Of a stretch of 64,000 nucleotides of DNA, positions 49,075 to 61,177 are shown piece by piece. Position numbers and translations under genes: made by a program. Location: the NCBI RefSeq assembly GCF_963921235.1, contig NC_086108.1, positions 104,658,001-104,722,000 of the forward strand, given 5' to 3'. The notes under the pieces are model-generated. The model worked only from the letters and a program-made list of their open reading frames with translations. It was not told where the DNA came from and made no database searches. Position 1 is the stretch's first letter. Every line of letters starts with the position of its first letter. Source of the DNA: Mobula hypostoma. Its lineage: Eukaryota.

Positions 49075-49445
49075 AAAAAATCAGAAGCACAGAATAAGAA
49101 ATCAAGAGAATTCTTAGAAGCTTGGTTCTCAATAGAAGACTATTAACAAGCATGTTGAACTGGACGAAGTTTATTTCTGCGGGATGGGGCTGAGGGGTGA
49201 GCTGTAGACTCCCAAGGAACCAATGCTCGCAGTGACCGATAACCAGGGATACAGGCCAGTGGAGATCACCCAGCCCTCCGGTTGGCAGAGACCAGCAGCC
49301 AGCACGACGACCAAACAATCAGAACAACAAGTCAGATAAGCATAAACCCGAGAAACAACACTCAATGGCGCACTGATGATGTCACCTCGACTGGTGATTC
49401 AATATTTGTGACCTAACCTCCAGACTGGGCAAACAACCTTCCAAA
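49075..49445 (+). mobile_element. Penelope (Poseidon-like) 3' remnant
   Basis: KSREFLEAWFS; partial hammerhead cactgatgatgtcacctcgactggtga. Confidence 0.55.
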
Positions 49446-49719
49446 CAAGTATTCATGAAATTTGTTGTTTTGTGACAGCATTACAATTCCATACATAAAA
49501 AATACTGTAATGATTAACATAGTGCAAAAGAGAATAGTATAGTTCATTTAGCATTCAGAAATCCTGTGGTGGAGGGGAATAAGCTGTTCCTTAAGATTAT
49601 TGAGTGTATATCCTCAGGCTCCCCTACCTTCTCACTGATGGTAGTAACGAGGAGAGAGCTGGTGAGGGTCCTTAATGATAGATGCTACCTTCTTGAGATG
49701 TTGCCTTTTGAAGTAGAGA

Positions 49720-51900
49720 GGTTACAGAAGGACGTAGACAGATGAGGAGAATGGGCCAAGAAGTGGCAGATGGAATACAGTGTTGGGAAGTATATGGTCA
49801 TGCACTTTGGTAGAAGAAATAAAATGATAGATTATTTTCCAAATAGAGAGAAAATTCAAAAATCTGGGGTGCCAAGGGACTTGGGAGTCCTCCTGAAGGG
49901 ATCCCTGAAGGTTAATTTGCAGGTTAACTTGGTGGTGAGTAGAGCAAATGTGATGTAAGCATTTATTTTGAGAGGAGCTAGAATATAAATGCAAAGATGT
50001 AATGTTAAGGCTTTATAAAGCACTGGTGAGGTCTCACTTGGACTATTGAGAGCAGCTTTGGGTCCACTATCTAAGAAAGGATGTGCTGACATTGGAGAGG
50101 GTTCAAAGGAGGTACAGGAAAATGGTTTTAGGACTGTCATTTAAGACCATAAGACATAGGAGCAGAATTAAACCATTCAGCCCATTGAGTCTGCTCCACC
50201 ATTCCATCATGGCTGATCCTGGATACCACTCAACCTCATACACCTGCCTTTTCGCCATATCCTTTGATGCCCTGACTGATCAGGAAACTATCAACTTCTA
50301 CCTTAAATATATGCATGGACTTGGCCTCCACCGCAGTCTGTGGCAGAACATTACACAGATTTATTACTCTCTGCTAAAAAAAATTCTCCTTATCTTTGTT
50401 CTAAAAGGTCACTTCTCAATTTTGAGACTGTGACCTCTAGTTCTGGATGACCCCACCATAGGAAACTTCCTCTCCACATCCACCCTATCTAGTCCTTTCA
50501 ACATTCGGTAGGTTTCAATGAGATCCCCCTGCATTCTTCTAAGTTCCAGTGAGTACAGGCACAAGGCTGCCAAACGCTCCTCATATGTTAACCCATTCAT
50601 TCCCTGAACCAAGTTCGTGAACCTCCTCTGGGCTCTCTCCAATGACAACACGTCCTTTCTGAGATACGGGGCCCAAAACTGTTGGCAATACTTCAAGTGC
50701 AGCCTGACTAGCGTCTTATAAAGGCTCAGCAGTATCTCCTTGCTTTTATATTCTATTCCCCTTGAAATAAATGCCAATATTGCATTACCTTCTTTACCAC
50801 AGACTCAACCTGTAAATTAACCTTCTGGGAGTCTTGCACGAGGATTCCCAAGTCCTTTTGCCCCGCTGATGTTTAAACTTTCAACCCATTTAGATAACAA
50901 TTTGCACTATTGTTCCTTTTACCAAAATGAATTATCATACATTTCCCAACGCTATACTCCATCTGCCACTTTTTCATCTATTCTTCCAATTTGTCTAAGT
51001 CCTGCTGCAATTGCATTGTTTCCCGAACACTACCTACCCCGCCACCTATCTTTGTATCATACGCAAACTTTGTCACAAAGCTATCAATTCCATTATCTAA
51101 ATCATTGAAAAACAATGTGAAAAGTAGCGGTCCCAATACCGACCACTGAGGAACACCACTAGTCACTGGCAGCTAATCAAAAATGGACCCTTTTATTACC
51201 ACTTGCTGCTTCCTGCCTGTCAGCCGTTCTGCTATCCAGGCCAGCATCTTTCCTATAATGCCTTAAGATTTTATCTTGTTAAGGAGCCTCTTGTGTGTCA
51301 CCTTATCAAATGCCTTCTGAAAATCCAAGTAAATGACATCCACTGCCTCTCCTTTGTCCACCCTGCTTCTTACTTCCTTGAAGAACTCCAACAGATTTGT
51401 CAGGCAAGATTTCCCTTGGCAGAAACAATGCTGACTTTGACTTATTTTAATCATATGAGGAGTGTTTGATGGCTCTGTGCCACTATTCACTGGAATTCAG
51501 AAGAATGGGGGTGTGATCTCATTGAAACCTAACGAATGTTGAAAGGCCTTGATAGAGTGGATGTGGAGAGGATGTTTCCTATGGTTGGAGGATTTCAGAC
51601 CAGAGGACACAACCTCAGAATAAAGAGGGTATCCTTGAGAATGAAAATGATGAGGAATTTCTTTGGCCAAAGAGTGGTGAATCTGTGGAATTCATTGCCA
51701 CAGGTGGTTGTGGAGGCAAAGCTACTGGGTATATTTAAGGCAGCGGTTAATAGATTCTTGATTGGTCAGGGTATGAAGGGATACAGAGAGAAGGTAAGAG
51801 AGTGGGGCTGAGAGGGAAAACGGATCTGCCATGATGAAATGGTGGTAGACTCAATGATGTAATTCTGCTCCTATATCTTATGGTCTTATGATCTTATGTT
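49720..51900 (+). mobile_element. CR1 3' portion (+) split by an antisense CR1 (~50143-51452)
   Basis: Outer ORFs 49770.. and 51536..; inner ORFs 50409.., 50978.., 51263..; inner taagaccataagacatagg tail. Confidence 0.85.
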
Positions 51901-52084
51901 AGTGACACTGGAGATTAGTGCCCGTGACGGAGCTGGCTGAGCTTACAACCCTCTGCAACCTCATGTGATTCTGTGCATTGGTGCATCTGTTCCAGTTTGT
52001 GATACAACCAGTCAGAATGCTCTCCACAGTGGAAATTTGCTACAGATTAATTTGTAAGCACTATTTGCAGAGTTAAAAATACAC

Positions 52085-52415
52085 GTGGACTAAGATGTTA
52101 ACTGTCCTGTGCTATCACCAGTGGGATCATCAGTTGATCTGCCACCTGTCTTCAGGAGTTTCGGCCCGCTTATGATCAAGACTCCCTCGAGGTGGTGGGC
52201 CAGCAGTGCTAAAGCTTAAAAACTTGGCATCTGCCTCTATCAGAGTTGTTGGTCACTTCCATCCAACAGATAGTCTGCTCTTCATGTGTCTATACAACTA
52301 CTGAAGGGTTTGCAAGATAGGTATACACTGTCTGACTATCTGCCCCTCTGGACATACTTGGTCCACACCCATGCTGATCCTTTCTCTGCTGCCTCAGCTA
52401 CAGCCCTGCTGGTTG
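52085..52415 (-). mobile_element. Putative HERO-like (R2-group) non-LTR 3' end
   Basis: Minus strand reads SRAVAEAAEKGSAWVWTKY, like the AE.AS.WLW.K C-terminus recalled for HERO elements; 3' UTR with ccgaaac..ctgaaga..ctgatga. Confidence 0.4.
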
Positions 52416-52469
52416 ACTGTTAATTAGCAGCAAACCATAATTTGTTATGAATTAGAAGTTTATGAGAAT

Positions 52470-52830
52470 GTGTTCAAAGTTCAAAGTACATATACGTTTG
52501 TATGTCACCATGTACAACCCTGAGGTTCGTTTTTTTTGCAGCAACTCAATAAATCCAGAACCATAGCAGATTCAGTGTAAGATTGGACGCAACAGGATAG
52601 ACAGACAACCAAAGACAGCAACCTGCGTAAATACAAAAATAAATAAATAATAATAATAATAATAAAATAAGCAATAAATATCAAGATGAACAGTCCTTGA
52701 AAGCAAGAGAGTTAGATTCAAGAGTCTGATGGTGGAGGGGTAATAACTGTTCCTGAACCAAGTGGTGTGAGCCCTGAGGCTCCTGTACTTTCTTACTGAT
52801 GGCAACAGCAAGAAGAGAGCATGACCTGGC
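52470..52830 (-). mobile_element. Rex-Babar 3' end
   Basis: ORF 52572..52811 LLPSVRKYRSLRAHTTWFRNSYYPSTIRLLN; ttcaaagttcaaag tail. Confidence 0.7.
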
Positions 52831-53077
52831 TAAATTGTCATCCAAATATCAGGTTAAATCACTTCAATACGCTCTAGGGTCAAGACCCTGTCGCCTCGAT
52901 TTGGCCTGTACCTGACTTTTCCAATTTGGCCTGTTGCTTAAATCGATCAAACCTTGGGTCTTCCTTGCTCTGGACAACAGTCCCGCTGCCTCACCTCACC
53001 TCACCTCAGTCCTGCCACATCCAACTGCCTCGCTGTCCAAAGGGAAGTTACAGGCTATCATTTGAGGTGATTATTTA

Positions 53078-53676
53078 CCAGAAAAAGAGTGATATCGGTA
53101 TTTGTTAAGTAGGTACCGTGCACAATCCTGATTTGATGGAGACAGACGTGAGAAGTACAGAGGAACATCTGGAGAAACTTCTGAAATGCCCGCTTCACTG
53201 CTGCTGCTACTGTGCAATTGAGAATCTCCGGAGGGGAAGGCCCCAAATCCTCGGCTTTGCCTATTGCTTGGCGGCCGGGGCCGGGGTCGAAGTGCTCGGC
53301 AGAGATGGTGCTCGGTGCTTGGTTTTGGAGGGCTGGTTGGAGGCTCGAAGTTTTGGCTGTGGTCGGGTGCTGCATCGGCAAGTTTGCATGACAGTGAGAG
53401 TTTTTCTTCCTTCTACCATCTGCGTGAGATGATGGGACTTTTGAGAGACCTTGAGACTTTTTTTTACTGTGCACATGGTCTGTTCTTTATCAAATTACGG
53501 TATTGCTTTGCACCGTTATAACTATATGTTATAATTAAGTGGTTTTTGTCAGTTTTTCAGTCTTGGTTTGTCTCGTGTTTCTGTGATATCACACTGGAGG
53601 AACATTGTATCATTTCTTAATGCATGCATTACTAAATGACAATAAAAGAGGACTGTGTGTCCTCATAATCTAATCT
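53078..53676 (+). repeat. Unclassified ~0.6-kb non-coding retroposon, copy 3
   Basis: Collinear with 14412-14879 and 26500-27115; ends cctcataatctaatct. Confidence 0.8.
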
Positions 53677-53826
53677 ATATATAGTTGCTTTCTTTGTTTC
53701 ATTGGCCACCAGCCAGAAGTTGCTGAGATTCACCAGCACCATCTTAAACAGGAAGGCCTTGAGGATGAATCACTTTTACCGTGATAATTGATCTGATAAC
53801 TGTCGTATTTCTGAGGCTACTCCACC

Positions 53827-53928
53827 TAAGATTAACTGGTGATATCTCGTTCCAATATCATAAGATTAACTGGTGATATCTCGTTCCAAGATCATAAGAT
53901 GAACTGGTGATATCTCGTTCCAAGATCC
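53827..53928. repeat. 34-bp tandem repeat x3
   Basis: taagattaactggtgatatctcgttccaa(t/g)atca, head-to-tail, no spacers. Confidence 0.9.
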
Positions 53929-53929
53929 A

Positions 53930-54455
53930 AGATCTTTTGAAAGATCATAACTAATGCCTCCACAGTCTCTAATGCTACCTCTTTCGGAACCCGAGAGGGC
54001 AATTCATCTGGTCTGGTCCACTTATCTACCCTTAGGTCTTTCAGCTTTTTGAGCACCTTCTCCCTTGTAATAGTAACTGCACTCACTTCTCTTCTCTCAC
54101 ACCCTTCAACATCTGGCACACTGCTGGTGTTTTCCATAGTGAAAACTGATGCAAATTACTTAATTAATTCATCTGCCATCTCCTTGTCCCCTGTTATTAT
54201 TTCTCCAGCCTCAGTTTCCAGCAGTCCTATATCCACTCTCAACTCTTTTTTTACTTTTTACATGCTTGAGAAAGCTTTTGTGATCTACTTTGATATTGTT
54301 TGCTGGTTTGCTTTCATATTTCACCTTTTCCCTCCTAATGATTCTTTTAGTTGCTCTCTGTAGGCTTTTAAAAGCTTCCCAATCCTCTGTCTTTCCCACT
54401 CATTTTTTGTTTGTTGTATGTCCTTTCTTTTGCTTTTACATTAGTTTTGACTTCC
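53930..54455 (-). mobile_element. CR1 ORF2 internal fragment
   Basis: ORFs 53892..54137 and 54211..54399, collinear with 20625-21130. Confidence 0.8.
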
Positions 54456-54526
54456 CTGGAAAATTAGGCTCCATGGGCTGAATGGCCTAATTCTGCTCCT
54501 ATGTCTTATAGTTTTATGGTCTTATT

Positions 54527-54820
54527 GACCTGAAGAGCTATGCTGGCTCTTGGTAGGGTCACACATGCCAAACAGGTCAACAGGTAGATGCCAGACCAAG
54601 AGTGGTCCACTGGTCCTGCAGGTTTGGAGGTCAGCTCAAGGCTAACAACCCTGACTGGAGAAAACAGAGTTGTTATGGAAACAGCAATGAAGAATCCTTC
54701 TACATCTGTGTGTGACGGTATTCCTGAGTCTCCACCTGGGACGTGCACGAATGACAATAATGAAAACTGAGAGGAAGCTACAGGCACGATGAAGGGAGCC
54801 CTGAACTCCGCCTAGAACAG
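54527..54820 (+). mobile_element. RTE-like 5' UTR-derived fragment
   Basis: gagctatgctgg..ggtagggtcac..gctaacaaccctgac..ttgttatggaaac motifs, recalled as RTE leader sequence. Confidence 0.4.
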
Positions 54821-55571
54821 TCATGCTGAGCCATTATCCTGCCTAGTCTTATCTGCAGCCAGACAATAGCTCTCCATACCCCTCCCATCCAGGTACCTAC
54901 CCAAACTTCTCTTAAATATTGACATTGATCCCACATCCGTTACTGGTAATGGCAACTGCAAGACATTGATGAGGCCTAACTTAGAGTATTATGTCAGTTT
55001 TGGTCACCTACCTACAGGAAAGATGGAAAGAAGAGTGAGAAAGTACAGAGAAAATTTACAAGGATATTGCCAGGACTTGAGGGTCCTGAGTTATAGGGAA
55101 TGAATGATTAGGTTAGGACTTTATTCCTAGAACATAAAAGATTGAGAGGAGATTTGATAGAGATACAGTATGCAAAATTATGAGTGGCATAGATAGGGCA
55201 AATGCAAGCAGGCTTTTTCCACTGAGGTTGGGTTAGACTAGAACTGGAGGTCATGGGTTAAGGGTGAAAGGTGAAAAGCTTAAGGGGAACATGAGAGGAA
55301 ACTTCTTCACTCAGAGGGCGGTGAGAGCATGGAACGAGTTGCCATCGCAAGTAATGGATGTGGGGTCAATTTCAATGCAGGTGTGCGCCGCTTAACATCC
55401 TTTCAGACAACGTCCGATCGCATATATGTCCGTAGTCCCGATCGGAGAACGTGACATAGCGGACTTACCCAATCTCGTGTATCGCGCGTCTCTTGAGTAG
55501 CGTTATCTTGCTGTTTAATTTTCTTTTGAAAATATTACTGTAAAGTGCATCATGGCTTCCAAATGCAGGTT

Positions 55572-56700
55572 ATAGAACATAGAACAGTACAGCACAGTAC
55601 AGGCCCTTTGGCCCACAATGTTGTGCCGACCCTCAAACCCTGCCTCCCATATAACCCCCCCACCTTAAATTCCTCCACATACCTGTCTAGTAGTCTCTTA
55701 AACTTCTCGAGTGTATCTGCCTCCACCACTGACTCAGGCAATGCATTCCACGCACCAACCACTCTCTGAGTAAAAAACCTTCCTTTAATATCCCCCTTGA
55801 ACTTCCTACCCCTTACCTTAAAGCCATGTCCTCTTGTATACAGCTGTGGTGCCCTGGGGAAGAGGCGCTGACTATCCACGCTATCTATTCCTCTTATTAT
55901 CTTGTACACCTCTATCATGTCTCCTCTCATCCTCCTTCTCTCCAAAGAATAAATCCCTAGCTCTCTTATTCCCTGATCATAATGCATACTCTCTAAACCA
56001 GGCAGCATCCTGGTAAATCTCCTCTGTACCCTTTCCAATGCTTCCACATCCTTCCTATAGTGTGCCGACCAGAACTGGACACAATACTCCAAGTGTGGCC
56101 TAACCAGAGTTTTATAGAGCTGCATCATTACATCGCAACTCTTAAACTCTATCCCTCGACTTATGAAAGCTAACACCCCATAAGCTTTCTTAACTACCCT
56201 ATCTACCTGTGAGGCAACTTTCAGGGATCTGTGGACATGTACCCCCAGATCCCTCTGCTCCTCCACACTACCAAGTATCCTGCCATTTACTTTGTACTAT
56301 GCATTGGAGTTTGTCCTTCCAAAGTGTACCACCTCACACTTCTCCAGGTTGAACTCCATCTGCCACTTCTCAGCCCAATTCTGCATCCTATCAATGTCTC
56401 TCCGCAATCTTCGACAATCCTCTACACTATCTACAACACCACCAACCTTTGTGTCCCCTGCAAACTTGCCAACCCACCCCTCTACCCCCACATCCAGGTC
56501 ATTAATAAAAATCACGAAAAGTAGAGGTCCCAGAACAGATGCTTGTGGGACACCACTAGTCACAATCCTCCAGTCTGAATGTACTCCCTCCGCCACCACC
56601 CTCTGCCTTCTGCAGGCAAGCCAATTCTGTGTCCACCTGTCCAAACTTCCCTCGATCCCATGCCTTCTGACTTTCTGAATAAGCCTACCGTGTGGAACCT
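55572..56700 (-). mobile_element. CR1 3' portion, young
   Basis: ORFs 55550..56266 and 56297..56644; atagaacatagaacag tail. Confidence 0.9.
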
Positions 56701-56874
56701 ATTCGACCTGAAACTCTTCCAGTGGAACACTATGATGAAGTTGAGAACAGTGATGTGGATGATCCTGATCATCTTTGATAAATTGTGTGTGATATAGGCT
56801 ACATAAAAGTTTAAAAAGTGAAAAAAATTAAAAAGGTTAAAATGAAATAAAAAATTATATTGTATCTATGTAGA

Positions 56875-57074
56875 AAAAGAATAGGAAAGCCCTTAACTCC
56901 GAGTGGAGTCAGCAGGCATATTTTCAGCAGGCTTTCTTATTTTTACGGGGCCGAGTTGTTAGCTCGACGCTCAACCCAACACGGATGGAAAGCGTGCAAG
57001 GGAGCCGGCTGGATTCGAACTCGGGAGCCTTCACTCTGAAGTCCGGCGCTGATGCCACTACGCCACCAGCTGGC
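56875..57074 (-). mobile_element. tRNA-derived SINE (same head as 45474, different tail)
   Basis: Minus strand gccagctggtggcgtagtggcatcagcgccggacttcagagtgaaggctcccgagttcgaatcc. Confidence 0.8.
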
Positions 57075-57176
57075 AATGTATGTATTATCGTGTACAGTAT
57101 ACAGTTTTAGTGTAAGTTCTTGGCTATTTAGTCAATACAGGTACACTACAGTACTCCGTATAGGTTTGCTAAGTAT

Positions 57177-57728
57177 ATAGAAACATAGAAACATAGAAAA
57201 TAGGTGCAGGAGTAGGCCATTCAGCCCTTTGAGCCTGCACCGCCATTTATTATGATCATGGCTGATCATCCAACTCAGAACCCCGCCCCAGCCTTCCCTC
57301 CATACCCCCTGACCCCCGTAGCCACAAGGGCCATATCTAACTCCCTCTTAAATATAGCCAATGAACTGGCCTCAACTGTTTCCTGTGGAAGGAATTCCAC
57401 AAATTCACCACTCTCTGTGTAAAGAAGTTTTTCCTAATCTCGGTCCTAAAAGGCTTCCCCTCTATCCTCAAACTGTGGCCCCTCGTTCTGGACTTCCCCA
57501 ACATCGGGAACAATCTTCCTGCATCTAGCCTGTCCAATCCCTTTAGGATCTTATACGTTTCAATCAGATCCCCCCTCAATCTTCTAAATTCCAATGAGTA
57601 CAAGCCCAGTTCATCCAGTCTTTCTTCATATGAAAGTCCTGCCATCCCAGGAATCAATCTGGTGAACCTTCTTTGTACTCCCTCTATGGCAAGGATGTCT
57701 TTCCTCAGATTAGGGGACCAAAACTGCA
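57177..57728 (-). mobile_element. CR1 3' end, near-identical to the intact copy (12100-12647)
   Basis: ORF 57337..57756 matches QFWSPNLRKDILAIEGVQRRF...; (atagaaac)n tail. Confidence 0.93.
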
Positions 57729-58191
57729 TATAATATGGTGTTTGCACAACGTCCAAATCACATAATGTCTGACATTAAGCCACGCATACCTGTATTTAAG
57801 AGAAGTTTGGATAGGTGCATGGATGGGAGGGGTATGGAGGGATATGGTCCAGGTGCAGGTAAGACTAGGCAGGATAATAGCTCGGCACAGACAAAATGGG
57901 CCGGAGGGCCTATTTCTGTGCTGGAGTGTTCTATGACTCTATGATTCTAAATGCACCAAGAATGAAGCATCTGGGTAGAAGAGATTAGTTTAATTAGATG
58001 TTTTGTTATCAGTTTGATCAGTTCAGCACAACATCATGGTTTGAATCTTCTGTTCCTGAGCTGCACTGTTCTATGTTCAATACTTGTAAGAGATCACAGA
58101 TGATGGTTTCAAAGATCTTCACAATCAATGGATTATTTTTATATATTGTATTTGGTCATTGGTGTTTTTTTTTGGGTAAACTACATCAGCT

Positions 58192-59540
58192 TTGGGTGGC
58201 GGGGTGGAGATACTTCTCTACCGAAGGAGGTGCTTTGCTAGCCTGCAGGTCAACTTTGAGCAAAGATGTAGCACCTGCTTTGCACCACCCCCCCAATCAG
58301 AGTCGCGCAAAGCCATGGGAGCAGGTGGTGGATGGTCGTATGAGCCGCTGGTACATATCACAATTCCTGGTTATGTGACCACTGACGCCAGACAATCTCT
58401 GAAGAGTATTGGATCAGCAAGTTTGCTGATGATACAAAGATTGGAGATGTAGTAGACAGCGAGGAAGGTTTTCAGAGCCTGCAGAGGGACTTGGACCAGC
58501 TGGAAAAATGGGCTGAAAAATGGCAGATGGAGTTTAATACTGACAAGTGTGAGGTATTGCACGTTGGAAAGACAAACCAACGTAGAACATACAGGGTTAA
58601 TGGTAAGGCACTGAGGAGTGCAGTGGAACAGAGGGATCTGGGAATACAGATACAAAATTCCCTAAAAGTGTCGTCACAGGTAGATAGGGTCGTAAAGAGA
58701 GCTTTTGGTACATTGGCCTTTATTAATCGAAGTATTGAGTATAAGAGCTGGAATGTTATGATGAGGTTGTATAAGGCATTGGTGAGGCCGAATCCGGAGT
58801 ATTGTGTTCAGTTTTGGTCACCAAATTACAGGAAGGATATAAATAAGGTTTAAAGAGTGCAGAGAAGGTTTACAAGGATGTTGCCAGGACTTGAGAAACT
58901 CAGTTACAGAGAAAGGTTGTATAGGTTAGGACTTTATTCCCTGGAGCGTAGAAGAATGAGGGGAGATTTGATAGAGGCATATAAAATTATGATGGGTATA
59001 GATAGAGTGAATGCAAGCAGGCTTTTTCCACTGAGGCAAGGGGAGAAAAAAACTAGAGGACATGGGTTAAGGGTGAGGGGGGAAATGTTTAAAGGGAACA
59101 TTAGGGGGCTTCTTCACACAGAGAGTGGTGGGAGTATGGAATGAGCTGCCAGATGAGGTGGTAAATGCGGGTTCTTTTTTAACATTTAAGAATAAATTGG
59201 ACAGATACATGGATGGGAGGTGTATGGAGGGATATGGTCTGTGTGCAGGTCAGTGGGACTAGGCAGAAAATGGTTCGGCACAGCCAAGAAGGGCCAAAGG
59301 GCCTGTTTCTGTGCTGTAGTTTCTATGGTTCTATGGTTCTAATGGATGGGGTCACCCATCTCGTAAAGACACTGCCCAGAAGAAGGCAAAGGCAAAGCAA
59401 TTCTGTAGACAAACTTGCCAAGAACAATCATGGTCGTGGATAGAGAAAAGAATAAGAACAACAGCGTAAAGGGTTTTCACCCCAGAGAATGATCAGATTG
59501 AAGACTGATGGAAGGCCATGATCAGCCACGATGATGATAT
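58192..59540 (+). mobile_element. RTE-tailed SINE-like element split by a CR1 (58411-59340)
   Basis: Collinear with 28830-28999 + 33108-33290. Confidence 0.65.
58411..59340 (+). mobile_element. CR1 3' portion, near-identical to 5467-6392
   Basis: ORFs 58491..58853 and 58857..59144; (ttctatgg)n tail. Confidence 0.93.
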
Positions 59541-59789
59541 CAGTCTATTTTGTTCAATGTATCTTTCTCAGAGTTTTCCTTATGACTATGTGGGTTTCCT
59601 CCGAGCATGGAATTGCCTCCCTAACAGCATGGTGGGTGTACTTACACCTCAGGGACTACAGTAGTTCAATAAGGTAGCTCTTCACCACCTTCTCAAGGAC
59701 AGCTAGGGTTGGTCAATAAATGCTGGCTTAGCTGGCGACATCCACATCCAGTAAATGAATTTAAAAAAAGATGGATGATACTGCTGAAG

Positions 59790-61059
59790 ATGAGGTAGCT
59801 CGTTTACAAACAGGGGCAATGTGTAGTGAGGAGAGGGTGTTGATAGGGCAAAAATGCAGTCAACAGGATGAGTTGCAACGTAAAAAGCAGACAAAATCGA
59901 AAAGGGTGAATACAGGACTGAAGTGTTATATTTGAACGTGTGCATTATTCAGAATAAGGTCAATGAACTTGTAGCACAGTTACAGATTGACAAGTATGAT
60001 CTTGTAGGGATCACTGAATCATGGCTGAAAGAAGATTATAGCTGGGAGCTTAATGTCCAAGGATACACATTGTATCAGAATGACAGGCAGGATGACAGAG
60101 GGGGCAGTGTTGCTCTGTTGGTAAAAAAATGAAATCAAATCATTACTAAGAGGTGACATGAAGTCAGAAGGTATTGAATCATTGTGGATAGAGCTAAGGA
60201 ACAGCAAGAGTAAAAAAGCCCTGATGGAAGTTGTATACGTTGTATACAGACATCCAAACAATAGTAAGCATATGGACTACAAATAACAACGGGAGATGGA
60301 AATGCCAAAAGGCCAATAGCCGTTGGGGATTTCAATAAGCAGCTAGATTGGGAAAATAAGATTGCTGCTGGATTGCAATAGGGAGAATTTCTGGAATGCT
60401 TACGAGATGGCTTTTTAGAGCAGCCCGTGATGAGCCCAGGGCTATTCTGAGTTGGGTGTTGTGAAATAAACCAGAAATGATTAGAAGTCTCAAGGTAAAA
60501 GAGCCATTATGTGCAAGTGATCATAATAAGATTGCATTCACCCAGAAATTTGAGAAGGAGAAGCTAAAGTCATATACATCAGTGTTACAGTGGAGTAAAG
60601 GGAACTACAGAGGCATGAGAGAGGAGTTGGCCCGAATTGATTGGAAAAGAACACTGGCAGGGATGATGGCTGGAATTTCTGGAAACAATTCAGAAGGCAC
60701 AGGATATACACATCCCGAAGAGGAAGAAGTATTCTAAAGGAAAGATGACACAACTGTGGCTAACAAGAGAAGTGAAAGCCAACATAAAAGCAAAATAGAG
60801 CAAAAATTAGTGAGAAATTGGAGGATTGGGAAGCTTTTAAAAGCTAACAGAAGGCAACTAAAAAAAAGTAATTAAAAAGGTAAAGGTAATTACAAAAGTA
60901 AGCTAGCCAATAATATCAAAGAGGATACCAAAAGTTTCTTCAGATACATAAAGCATAAAGTGTAAAAGAGAGATGAGAGTGGATATTGAACTGCTGGAAA
61001 ATGATGCTGGAGAGGTAGTAATGGGGGACAAGTCGTGGCGGATGAACTTAATAAGTATA
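59790..61059 (+). mobile_element. CR1 ORF2 5' part (APE domain), decayed
   Basis: ORF 59923..60132 LYLNVCIIQNKV..GITESW; 60477.. EPLCASDH. Confidence 0.85.
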
Positions 61060-61177
61060 AACAACAGGAATTCTGCAGATGCTGGAAATTCAAGCAACAC
61101 ACATCAAAGTTGCTGGTGAACGCAGCAGGCCAAGCAGCTTGGCCTGCTGCGTTCACCAGCAACTTTGATGTGTATTG
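61060..61177. mobile_element. 118-bp minimal Penelope hairpin insertion, 13-bp TSD
   Basis: Tail aacaacaggaattctgcagatgctgg plus a ~44-bp near-perfect palindrome centred at ~61136; TSD cttaataagtata 61047-61059 / 61178-61190. Confidence 0.9.

Larger units (their letters stand above)
55378..57792. mobile_element. Tigger/pogo-like non-autonomous DNA transposon containing three nested retroposons
   Basis: TIRs caggtgtgcgccgcttaacatc and gacattaagccacgcatacctg (reverse complement caggtatgcgtggcttaatgtc); TA on the right, TG on the left. Confidence 0.8.
54960..57950 (+). mobile_element. CR1 3' portion (54960-55377 + 57793-57950) split by a Tigger-like transposon
   Basis: tcaatttcaatg|tatttaagagaagtttggatagg rejoin; ctatgactctatgattcta tail. 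Confidence 0.8.

Noticed and set aside
52120..52195. Hammerhead in the HERO-like 3' UTR
   Set aside because: GAAAC and CUGAUGA are present, but stems II/III cannot be paired in a valid topology.
53827..53928. CRISPR-like 34-bp repeats
   Set aside because: Head-to-tail with no spacers, no cas genes, eukaryotic context.
58265..58330. HDV-like fold in the RTE-tailed SINE (cacctgct/agcaggtg)
   Set aside because: Only one helix is evident; no P1/P3/P4 in the required order.
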